From NCBI GenBank assembly GCA_030390025.1, contig CM059432.1, positions 77,998,001 to 78,062,000 of the forward strand: a stretch of 64,000 nt of DNA, given 5' to 3'. Below the pieces are notes generated by a model. The model was not told the origin of the DNA. It did no database searches and worked only from the letters and a program-made list of their open reading frames with translations. Every line of letters starts with the position of its first letter. The stretch's first letter is position 1. The stretch is from Squalus acanthias. Lineage: Eukaryota. Below are positions 1-10,855 of the stretch, in pieces. The translations under genes were made by a program, and so were the position numbers.

Positions 1-118
1 GGAAAGTGGAGTTGAGGCCAAGATCAGATCAGCCATGATCTTATTGAATGGCGGAGCAGGCTCAAGGGGCCAAATGGCCTACTCCTGCTCCTATTTCTTA
101 TGTTCTTACGTTCTTATG
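1..118 (+). mobile_element. CR1-type LINE 3' UTR/tail fragment
   Basis: gatcagccatgatcttattgaatggcggagcaggctc...ttcttatgttctt tail, near-identical to the ends of RT-bearing copies at 38700-38815 and 59860-59962. Confidence 0.85.
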
Positions 119-523
119 TACCACCTTTCCCAAGACTCACCTAAAGAGATGGTTCAACAGTGCAAGAATGCTGTGTCAGCTCCAGTCAAACTAATAGAGA
201 CACCACCACCCCAGAATCCACTGAGCATAACTGCTTTGCAAGTGCTTAGACACATGACACCAACCCTCAGCCTCTTAGACTTGCACCAGTAAGTAGATAC
301 AACATATGCAGCTTGATAAAATTGCCAGCACATAGCAAGTACTCTAGCCGCCCCCAAAATTCAAAGCACCACTGAACATTACATATAATATAATGCTGTG
401 TGTCCAACTTAACCTGGTATTTACTGCATTTCACTTGTGACACTAATTAAGTGTAGCATAGCTGGTAGCTACAGGGGATGCAGCCACTAACATCTGCTCT
501 TTATAGTTCCAGGCTAACTCAGT

Positions 524-1210
524 GGGCCTGAAATTACGGTGCCGATGGCAGCGTACGCTGTTGGAAGCCTTGTAAAAGGCCACGCAAGTTCCGGGTTTCC
601 GTACGCGCTGCGCATGCGCGGAAATCCGGAACTTGCAATCGGTCAAGGTTCACTGGCGCAGAGTTGGGCTCTACTGCCCAGCAAATGCCCACAAAACCCT
701 TACTCCTGGTAAAAGCAGGTGTAGGGCCTGCTTTTACCAGCGTAAGGGTTAAAATAAATGTTAAATAAAATTTTTTAAATGATTAAAACATACAAAAACA
801 TTTAAAATTAGTTTATGTAAATTTTGGCCCAGATTAAAATGTTTAAAATTAAATTTTTATTTTAAATGCTTAATTAAAGGGACTTTTAATAAATTTTGGA
901 CATGGGAACATTATTTTTATTTCAGTTGTGTTACTTATTTATTTATTTGGAGATTTCTTATAAGCTTTGGGGATTCCATTCGTAAATGGAATTCCCATAA
1001 GCTTATGAGGAATCCCCCTTTCTAATTGTTTGGCTTGGCCTACGTGATAGCAGGGACGCTTCCAAACCGCCTGTGTCCCTGGGTCTTTACGCAGGCATAC
1101 GCCTGGAGGCTCAGGACCCGAAGACTCCGAAGCCCAGGAGCTAGCAGGTAGGTTCGGATCAGGTCGGAGGCCTACTCCGGAGGTACGCCTCCGACCACAA
1201 ATTTCGCCCC
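524..1210 (+). mobile_element. Non-autonomous TIR element (MITE family A), Harbinger-like termini
   Basis: Imperfect TIRs gggcctgaaatt / aatttcgcccc; flanks AGT / ATT; internal hairpins at 584-636 and 708-738; AT-rich core; homologous to 17007-17686. Confidence 0.75.
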
Positions 1211-1544
1211 ATTGTTTAATAGCTTCCAAACAATACAAACAGTGGATTAATTTTCTGAAATTCTTAGTTTTGTCTTCGTATTGTTGCACACAGCCTTACA
1301 TATATATCTACATAATGAGACCATACTTCAGTTTATATTTATCTACAACAAGAAAAGATATGGAGTTGTGATTTTCCTGATCCGAAAGCAACTTAATCTT
1401 TGTGAAGAATTTAAGAGTAATACTTAGTGATAGTCAATGAGACACTGGTACAGTTCACTAACCTGCAACAGAGACCAAAGCGATCCAATTGTCTTATTTC
1501 AGGTTCGGGATCTTGATTACAAATTATCGTAAGAGTATAAGAAC

Positions 1545-2124
1545 AGTTCCCATGGATTGGAGGGTAGCTAATGTAACCCCACTATTTAAAAAAGGTGGTA
1601 GAGAGAAAACAGGGAATTATAGACCAGTAAACCTGACATCGGTAGTGGGGAAAATGCTAGAGTCCATTACAAAAGATGTAATAGCAGAGCACTTGGAAAA
1701 CAGTGACAGGATCGGACAAAGTCAACATGCATTTACAAAAGGTAAATCATGCTTGACTAATCTACTGGAATTTTTTGAGGATGTAACTAGTAGAATAGAT
1801 AAGGGAGAACCAGTGGATGTGGTGTATTTGGACTTTCAGAAGGCTTTCGATAAGGTCCCGCATAAGAGATTAGCGTGCAAAGTTAATGCACATGGGATTG
1901 GGAGTAAGGTACTGGCTTGGATAGAGAACTGGTTGGCAGACAGGAAGCAAAGAGTTGGAATAAACAGGTCTTTTTCCGAGTGGCAGGCAGTGACTAGTGG
2001 GGTACCGAAGGGATCGGTGCTAGGACCCCAGCTATTCACAATATATATTAATGATCTAGACGAGGGTATTGGATGTAATATCTCCAAGTTTGCAGACGAC
2101 ACAAAGCTGGGTAGGAGTGTGTGC
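1545..2124 (+). mobile_element. CR1 LINE ORF2 reverse-transcriptase fragment
   Basis: ORF 1489-2157: [54 protein letters not shown]. Confidence 0.92.
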
Positions 2125-2738
2125 AACGCCCCGGTAGCACCCCAGACCGGATATTGAGTCGCGGCCCTGCCTTAGCGCCTGCCGCTAGGAACGACAGGTA
2201 GAGGGGAACGTTTTCAAGTCGGGAAGGGGCTGGGGGAGCGCTACTTAAAGGCAGGCACTTCCTGCCTTTTCTTGTCAGCAAAATTTTTGGTTTTAACACT
2301 GTCCCCTAAGGAGTTTTGGCCCTCAGTACCACTTTTGAGGTTCCTAAGTGCCGAGCTCTTTCCCTGGACCTATCCATTAGTGCTTCCAACACAATTGCTT
2401 TTGAGGTCTCTCCAGGCAGAGATTCAAGGCTGCAATGAGCAGGGAGTGGCTGGCCAGCAAGATGGCCCCTCCCCTTTAAGAACTGGACAGCGCCAGTCTG
2501 TCTGGCTTACACGGTAATTGGCATCGCCTGAGCTTTGGTGGCGTTCTGAGGTAGCACCTCGCTCCCTGACGTTTGCGCCTTAAGAGAGGTGTGTAGTGCC
2601 TGATTTAGCACTCAAATCACCTCCGGGGGCGACAAAGGTGAATTTTGCAGTCGGAGGCGATAATTAGCGCCAGGCGCCAAACTTTGCGCCCGACCGATAT
2701 TAGCGCCCCAAAATGGGCGATGCTGAATTTTCCCCCCC
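2125..2738 (-). mobile_element. Truncated non-autonomous TIR element (family C), related to 45372-46138
   Basis: Reverse complement of 2560-2738 aligns by eye with 45372-45560 (tttggggcgctaa...ggcgctaat...ctaaatca.gcacta); ends in gaattttccccc; interrupts the CR1. Confidence 0.65.
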
Positions 2739-2894
2739 CAACTCTTTAAAGACTTCATTTGAATTTAAATTTCCCCAATCTGTTACACAATGTAGGAAGA
2801 ATAATTACTTTGCTCTACTGAAAAAGCATAAAGTATGGAGTCCAAATTTAAGAGACAGACAGCACCTCCCCAATAGCGGTTTTGGTAATAGCAG

Positions 2895-3245
2895 CATATA
2901 ATTGAGTCACATAGACCAGAGGGTCCTATTCCACATCTATATTGAGTTAGCTAATTTCAGCTGGGTGGCAGTATAGGTGCTACAGTGCTCCAGTCTAGGG
3001 AAGCAAAAGTTAGCTAGAGATCCTGCTTCTGATCACTATGCAGTGACCCCTGCTGGAAATTGTGTATGTATAGACACGAGGGGAAGGCAGGAACAGGTTC
3101 AGTTATGTTGACCCTCAGCAATAAACAGCCCCCCAACATTCACCATCTAGGCTAACATACAAATAATACTTGAGCAAATGCCACTATGAAACCGTATTTT
3201 GAGAACAGTCTTCAGTGAGGAGGTAAGAAAATTGGCACAGGAAAA
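2895..3245 (+). mobile_element. Old SINE-like repeat (family not identified); related copies at ~12745-13070 (-), ~32895-32995 (+), ~33945-34200 (+)
   Basis: Shared motifs gagttagctaatttcagctggg...cctgcttctgatcac...gtgacccctgctggaa, found reverse-complemented at 12880-13010. Confidence 0.5.
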
Positions 3246-3604
3246 TGTAAAAAAAAATTCCGGTAGTAGCAGATAAGGCAGTTTTTTTTTAATGCACAGT
3301 TAGACATAGCCCATTCGTTCACCCGAGATCAGAGTTTATCTCAACTCGCACGGATAGAAATAAGAAGCCATCTCGCCAACAGCGGTTATGTTACATGTAA
3401 CATTAAAAGTTGCATTTTAAAAATCTTTCATACAGTATATATATATATTCTACTTTTATTCAAAGTGCAGAAATTAATGATTAAGACTTCACTGAATTCA
3501 AAAAACCATACTATCTGGCAACTCAACATTAGGAAAGAGCACAATTTCAATCCTCCAGGATGCACCGAAGCTACAGTTTCCCAATTTTTGAAGGGCGTCA
3601 CACA

Positions 3605-4140
3605 AGAACATAGGAATTGCTAAACAAAATAAGACTAAGATTCATCTAGTTCGCCTTCTACCATCCTGGTAGTCACGTGATACAATGATAATGGAGTTGT
3701 TGACTAATCACAGCAATCAATCTCTGTCAATAAGTCTACAACAGACCCAGAATAGACATGAGGAAAATCCCAGTCGTGGAGAGCTTTGTGAACCACATGT
3801 CCAAAGTCACCTTTTTCCTCCCAAGCATGCTGCACTTACCAAGGCATGTCTCAAATTACTCATACTGTATCCCAAAATATTATTTTCTGAAAGAAATGTT
3901 TCTAATTTGCAGTTGAATTAATCAATTTTAACTACTTCCACCTAGGGAGCCAGTTTCATAGATTGACCAACTTGCTCACTGGAATATTGTTTACGCAGAT
4001 TAGTTTTGAATTTACCCCCCTTCAAGTGCAGGTCGTGTCCTCTGGTTCTATGGTTCTGGACAAAGCGAAGTAGCTTATCATGGTCTACATTATCTAGTCC
4101 CTTTACAATCCTAAAAACAGTCATAATATCACCTCTTAGC
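3605..4140 (-). mobile_element. Old degenerate CR1 LINE 3' end
   Basis: ORF 3942-4124 (..FRIVKGLDNVD..RTRGHDLHLKGGKFKTNLRKQY) resembles the CR1 ORF2 C-terminus. Confidence 0.65.
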
Positions 4141-4958
4141 CTGGCCTGCTGAGTATTTCCAGCATTTTCTGTTTAGACCTAAAAGCAGATGGTTGAAGAA
4201 AGAATCTCACCACCAGAACCCCATTAAAAAAATTATAAATTAGGATTAACCTTAAATTCATACATATTTTCCTATTTACAGTCCCACGTCTTACCTAAAG
4301 AGTTAGCTTCTCTTACTGCCGCATATAAGTCAACCTGGAAAACTCCCTCATACATCATACTGGCAGTCCTCTTCTCCTCACTTCAAACAGGCAATGTACT
4401 TCTAGAACGACATGAAGATGTTCTTCTTCACACAAAGTGGTTTATACATGGTATGGATTTTCAGAGAGTAGTGGAGGCAAAAGCCCTGGAATCATTGAAG
4501 AAATACTTGGATGTTGCAATGTGGGAGGGAGGCTGGAGGATACTTCAGGATTTCTCTGGATAGATAAACTAAGACAACCTAAATGGCATCCCTCGTCTGT
4601 AATCTGCTTGTGACCTAGTTTGTTTCTGTCATGAAAATCTTTAATGACCTGTATACACCAAGGCCTAGAAATTGGATATGGCCTGAAAACAGGCGGTGTC
4701 ATGGCCCAGCGCTATTTCGCAGCGCTGGTTCAAAGTGGTCTTGGCAGCACACAAAATTTGTGCTGACTACTCATTTACATGATTGTAGTGCTGATCTCAG
4801 TGCTAAACGTGCTGCTGATTGGCTTACCGCTCAACAAGTGGGCCAATATCAGGTGCAGTCTAATGGCCAGTAATGTTTGGCCTAGTCTTTCTCCACTACT
4901 TAAAGGGGAAGTGCTTTGATGCAGCAGCACCTCATTGGAGTTGGAATTGCAGTTGGAA

Positions 4959-7310
4959 CATGTGGCTGAGCACCAGCAAAGAGAACGAGCCAGAAGGTTC
5001 TCCGATGCAGCTCTGGTGGCATTGGTACTGGCCGTGGAGAGCCAGCCAACAGTGTAGTACGGAGAACATGGATCCACTGCCAGAAGAAGTTTAATGACCT
5101 CACATGGCAGGTCAAGGTGAATGAAGGTTTCAGCAAATGCCATATCCCACCATCTGCCTCATACACTGCTCAATGCACCACACCCCATCACTCACCACAC
5201 CCTTGGGGACAAGAACAGTGGCCCAAAAATTCGGCCGTTCTCGGGTGAGTACTCAGTGCGTACTCACCCGTATTCATTCCCGAAGTGCCGGTTTCCTGCA
5301 TGCACTGCGCATGCGCGGGAAACTGGCACTTCCGGTATGGTGAAGGGGGCGGTTCCTAGGTGAACCGCGTGCGCGCTAGAGGCTGCGCGCACGCAGCACA
5401 CTTAGATTTTTTTTCAGGTTTCAACGCGAGGGTAAGTATTGAAGATACTACGCTAATAAAGAGGAGGCGTAAGACCCCTTTTGAACAAGCTAAGTAGTTA
5501 ATTAAGTATAATTTTAAATTTTTTTCAACAGGTTTATCTTTTTTAGAGACTTTAAAGAAAGGTAAGTTTATTTTTATAACTTTTAAAAAGTATTTTAATT
5601 TTTTCAAAAATTTTAATTTTTGTTTAAAGTGGTTAATTTATTTAACTATAGTTATTTTATAAATGTGATGGGTTTTTTTTAAATTTATTTGAGGTTTAGC
5701 TGTTCTTTTGGGGCCAATTTCAATTCACAGATTTGACAGGTCTGTCAAATCTATGAATGAAAGATGGTCTGCTGCCATTGGCTCTCCATGGCCCACGTGA
5801 TCCCAGGGGTCGCATCGCACTAACTGCGCCCCTGGAACACGCAAGCACTGCGCGCCGGCTCTTGGGAGAGGCCCGGGACCCGAAGTTCCTGTGGGCCCAA
5901 AACACAACGGCAGGCGCGGTGGGTAAGAGCGCGCGCGATCCTTACCCCCGCGTCAAGCCGGCCACGCGAATTTCTAGGCCAGTATGTTCATTCCTAATCC
6001 TTCTTCTCACAATCTCTACCTTTCACCGCTCATACCTCACAATCATAGCTTCACTTCACCCTCACAACCTTACCACTGCTGCAACACTCACACCCACATC
6101 TCACACTTTGTACACACTGCCAACTATTGAACTATGGCAGGCACATCACCCAAACACATTGCACGACACTTAGTGACACAATTTCCTTTCTCATGCAGAC
6201 AAGGTGGCTCACAATCGCCGTCAGCAGTGGCAGACGAGAGATGGCCAAACCGCAATACAGTCCTTGAACCAACTGGCGGAGTCGGTGCTCAACATCATTG
6301 GAGAGCAATCACCGAACCCGTGGCAACGGGCGATGTTGAAGCCCTTGGGGACAATAACGGTATGGTCATTCCTAATGCTTCTTTTCACATCCCACTTCCC
6401 TCTCATCCCACAATCTCTTCTCACTTACAAGCTGGTGATGCTGTATGCATGGATATCTTCTTTCACCACCCCCTCAACATAACCTGACTCTTGTGCCTTT
6501 CTGCTTTCAGATGACCAAGATCTGCCACCTGCACAGCCTGTCCCCAAAGTAATGGAGGAGAGTGAAGGAGAAGGTGGCACACCATCACTGCATCCGAGAG
6601 TCGCATACACCAGCTCAGAAACTGGCAATGCATGGAATTTAGAGGGTAATATAGATGCGCGATCTGCACATGGTAAGGCACCGGGCACGAGTGGACTGCA
6701 ACAAGGATAGGGAGAAAGGGTAGCTCGGGGGCCAGCACTCGAGGGCAAGTTCGCGCGCAGGTTCTGCTGCACACGACTCAGATGGTGACCTCGATGGGGC
6801 GGCCTTCAGAAGAAGGGTGATGGGCATGCACACTAAAATGTGAGGAACAATGGCAAGTCTGCCAGAGAGCCACTTGGCAATGTCAAGGAGCATGGAGGAG
6901 TCAGGCTCCAACATTGGATGGGGCTTTGCGCAGAGCTTGGAACCCATGATTTCCAGGCTAGAAATGATGGACAGCTCCAGAAGAGACCTTGTCGACCCAG
7001 CCATGATGCTGCGTGTGATGGGTGATGTCGCGGTTTCCTTTCTAGCACAGGGAGAAGCGACCCAACGTCTCAGTGCTGCAGTGGTGCGCAGTCTGCTCTC
7101 CTGCATTCTCAGCTTGCTGCCACCCAAGCTCAGACTGCTGCCATCGTGGCTGGGTTTACCAGTATTGAAAGGGGCTTGCAGGGTGTCGCAGCAGGCCAGT
7201 AATCTATCCTCCAACAGATTGCTAGGAATGCTGATGTGCCACCCCATGGGTGTGCCAGCAGGTCTGTGGAGTAGGAAAGGGCACTCGACCGACAGGCACT
7301 AAGAGATTAT
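4959..7310 (+). pseudogene. Harbinger Myb/SANT-like accessory gene, 3 exons (~4959-5116, 6199-6359, 6511-~7300), disrupted
   Basis: RERARRFSDAAL..RTWIHCQKKFNDLT read across frameshifts; donors aag|gtgaat and acg|gtatgg, acceptors catgcag| and ctttcag| at the same positions as in copy 2. Confidence 0.75.
5220..5980 (+). mobile_element. MITE family B inserted in intron 1 of the Harbinger Myb gene
   Basis: TIRs ggcccaaaaattcg / cgaatttctaggcc; exact 3-bp TSD AGT (5217-5219, 5981-5983); highly similar copy at 50152-50916; absent from Harbinger copy 2. Confidence 0.9.
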
Positions 7311-7320
7311 ACAACGGTGA

Positions 7321-7493
7321 CAGCGGAAGGAGCACACGTCAACCCAAGCACCACACCCACCCGCCCCTTCAACCACCATCTGCCCCACCTGTGACAGAGA
7401 CTGTAGGTCTCGCATTGGACTCATCAGTCACCTGAGAACTCATTTTTAGTGTGGAAGCAAGTCATCCTCGGTTCCGAGGGACTGCCTAAGATG
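7321..7493 (+). mobile_element. 5'-truncated RTE-type LINE 3' end
   Basis: 12-bp TSD atacaacggtga (7309-7320, 7494-7505); encodes C2H2-like CPTCDRDCRSRIGLISHLRTH*; absent from Harbinger copy 2. Confidence 0.8.
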
Positions 7494-7679
7494 ATACAAC
7501 GGTGATTAGTTGATATTGTAATGTACATTGAATAGTAATAAATTTATTAATTTTTATTTGGAATGTTTGTTCTGTGGTGTCTCTCATTTCAGCTTTGTGC
7601 CCAGGAGGACGCTGTGATATTCATGACAGAGGGATGGTATGATGGGGATGTGGTGAGCAACAGGGATCCAGGGTTTCAT

Positions 7680-8776
7680 TCACTCGAATCAGAGTCTGAT
7701 GAGGCGTTCACGGACAGCCTGTGCGGAAGGGGAATTTGCTGCCTGCCTTCTCCGCTCCTCCTCCTCTTCTTGTTGCTTCTCTTCCTCCTCCCCTCGTCCT
7801 CTTCCTAAGGTGGTCCCGCAATCCCTGCTGGCAAGGGCTGTGCCCTCAAGTTGTGAAGCATGCAGCAGACCACCACGAAATGGGACACCCGCTCCGCCGC
7901 GTACTGGACGGCTTCTCCCAAGTGGTCAAGGCAGCGGAACCATTGCTTCAGCAGCCCGATGGTCTTCTCAATGATATTTCTGGTGGCAGCAAGGCTCTCA
8001 TTATATGAGTGCTGGGCAGGGGTGTTGGCGTTGTGGTGGGGAATTATCAGCGACGTGCAGAGCGGATAGCCCTCGTCTCCGAGCAGCCACCCTCGGGTTT
8101 GATGTGGTGGCTGGAAGATTGCTGGCACATGACTGCTGCCAGGATAGCGGGCATTGACCATCAGGATGCGCTGGGCGTGGTCACACAACAACTGCACATT
8201 AAGTGAGTGGTAGCCTTTGAGGTTACGGAAGATATCAGGATTGTTACGCAGCGTCTGCAAAGCCACGTGGGCACAGTCGATGGCGCCCAGCACCATGGGG
8301 AAGCCCTCTATCCTGGCAAAGCCATATGTGCACTCCTCCTGCTTCTCTCTGCTCAGAGAAGATAACGTAGTAACTTCTCTTGGAGTAGAGAGCCTCGGTG
8401 ACCTCCCGGATGCAGCGATGGACAGCGAACTGGGAGATGTTAGCTATGTCTCCTGCTGCAGACTGAAAGGATTCGCTGGCGAAGAAAGTGAGGGCCATGG
8501 TGACCTAGAGGGTCTCTGGGAGAGCCGTGGTGGCTCTGCTCTGAGGCTGCAGGAGGTGGCAGAGTTCTTGGTGAAGCAGAGCCTCCTAATACACTGCTCC
8601 TTGCTTAAGTGACTATAAGAGAAGTGTTCTCTGAAGACCCTAGGTGGGTAAGGTCTCCTGTTGAGAGTCCTCCTAGCCCTCCTCCTCCTCCCTCTGTGCG
8701 CATCTTCTCTTCGCTGCCTCTGCTCCCTCGCCCGAAGATACTTGAGCGCGAGGGGGACTGCAACTGGAGCCCCCAT
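7680..8776 (-). pseudogene. Harbinger (HARBI1-like DDE) transposase, frameshifted and partly deleted
   Basis: ORFs 8444-8788, 8244-8498, 7805-8296: GAIDCAHV, KGYHSLNVQ, WLLGDEGYPL, RNIIEKTIGLLKQWFRCL, VCCMLHN. Confidence 0.92.
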
Positions 8777-9271
8777 GACTGTGAGCAAGTAGTGTGAGCA
8801 GAAGCCTTTAAATAAGAATGAAGACGTTCTCCACTTGCACCAACACTCCCCGTCACCTTAGGACCTTAAAACAAGTTTAGAAAGCTGCTAGAGTTGCACA
8901 AAGTGCCACAGAGCCAGTCAAACTGAACAAACATGTCAGCTGCAGGTTGTTCCTGATGATCCCTTTAAATAACACTGCTGGAGGTTCCTTCTTGCTTGGT
9001 CAGCTGGTTGTAATCAACACAGGTCGGTAATTTGAGCGGCGCACTCCAAAATGGCAGATCGAGCATCAGGTAAGCATTGCACACTCACCGACATCACGAT
9101 CTGCATAATCTACATATCCCTAGCAAGAGCGGACATCGGCAGCGCGGCCGCCCAGCTGAAAATGGCACCCACCGCGGGACCCGCCGGCAGCGGGTGGAAG
9201 GGAGGCATCCGCCATTTTGACAAAACGGACCTCAACAGCCAGTGCTAACAAGCTCCAATTTCTAGGCCATA

Positions 9272-9600
9272 GACCCTTCTGCTCCATTTAAAATCTTACC
9301 AGTTATGGTGCACTTCATTTCACTAATCTTAGTTCCAAAATGTATTAGATCACAATTCTCTGCATTGAACTGCATCTGCCACACATCCACCCAGCCTGCT
9401 AGCCTATATCCTACTACAGTCTTTTGCAGTTTTGGTCAAAATTCAGCATACCCCAACTTGGTGCCTTCAGCAAATATTGATATTATTCCCTCAATTTCCA
9501 AGTCCAGATCATTTATACATATATAGTTAACAAGAGTGGCACCAACACAGACCCCTGTGGAACCCACTTACATCTTTCCAGTCTGAGAAACTTTCCTTTA
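9272..9600 (-). mobile_element. Old CR1 RT fragment (probably the host of Harbinger copy 1)
   Basis: gaactgcatctgccac...ccaagtccagatcatttata...cccctgtggaaccc resembles the minus-strand RT of the younger CR1 at 61240-61470. Confidence 0.6.
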
Positions 9601-9682
9601 ATATAGATTAAAATCTGAGGCACAGGGTTGTACCTGTTTTATCGGCTGGATAGACAAAGCATGAAGTTCCACCTATTACATA

Positions 9683-10855
9683 CATGGCACTGGAGAGGGT
9701 GCAAAAAAGATTTGCATGGATGATACCAGAAATGCAAACTTATACCTATCAGGATGGGTCTCTTTTCTCTTGAAAAGAGAAGGCTGAGGGGGAGCCTAAT
9801 AGAGGTCTTTAAAATTATGAAAGGTTTTGATAAAGTAGACACAAAGAGAGTGTTTCCACTTGTGGGCAAGAGCAAAACTAGAGGCCATCAATATAAGACA
9901 GTCACCAAGAAATCAAATATGGAATTCAGAAGAAACTTCTGAGTGCTGAGAATGTGGAACTCACTACCACAGGAAGTAATTGAGGCAAATAGCATATGAT
10001 GGAGCTGTACAAAACGCTAGTTAGGCCACAGCTGGAATATTGTGTGCAGTTCTGGTCACCACACTATAGGAAGGACGTGATTGCATTGGAGAGGGTGCAG
10101 AGGAGATTCACCAGGATGTTACCTGGGCTGGAGCGTTTCAGCTATGAAGAGAGACTGGACAGGCTGGGGTTGTTTTCCTTAGAGCAGAGAAGGCTGAGGG
10201 GGAACCTGATTGAGGTGTACAAAATTATGAAGGGCATAGATAGGGTATATAGAAAGGAACTTTTCCCCTTAGTAGAGGAGTCAATAACCAGGGGCATAGT
10301 TTCAAGGTAAGGGGCAGGAGGTTTAGAGGGGATTTGAGGAAAAACTTTTTCACCCAGAGGGTGGTTGGAATCTGGAACTCACTGCCTGAAAGGGTGGTAG
10401 AGGCAGGAATCCTCACAACATTCAAGAAGCATTTAGATGAGCACTTGAAACGCCATAGCATACAAGGCTACGGACCAAGTGCTGGAAAATGGGATTAGAC
10501 TAGATAGGGCTTGATGGCCGGCGCAGACACAATGGGTTGAAGGGCCTCTTTCTGTGCTGTATAACTCGATGACTCTATGAGATGCATAGTAGCCTTCATC
10601 TCTGGATATTTTCAGTGCTTTATTACAATAAACATACATCAGTAACGATTAAGAACAACCAGGAACAAGCAACTACAATTTAACTCTCACATTAATGTGT
10701 GGTATCCATCTTGGTTTCAATGCTAGACAAACATATGAAGGAGAAGGGAATAGAGTTAGGTGAGGAAGGATGGGCGGAGGCTCAAGTGAAGCATAAACTG
10801 GTTGGGTTGAATGGCCTGTTTCTGTGCTGTATATTCTATGTAATTCTATGTAATT
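9683..10855 (+). mobile_element. Two nested CR1 3' ends (younger copy ~9996-10580 inside an older copy)
   Basis: ORFs 9754-9942 and 9996-10310 (LVRPQLEYCVQFWSP..LERVQRRFTR..LGLFSLE.RRLRG); tails (ctctatga) and (ttctatgtaa). Confidence 0.85.

Larger units (their letters stand above)
4662..9268. mobile_element. PIF/Harbinger-like DNA transposon, copy 1 (decayed; nested MITE and RTE inserts)
   Basis: Perfect 15-bp TIRs ggcctagaaattgga (4662) / tccaatttctaggcc (ends 9268); transposase relic on minus, Myb/SANT relic on plus; colinear with 40733-45360. Confidence 0.92.
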
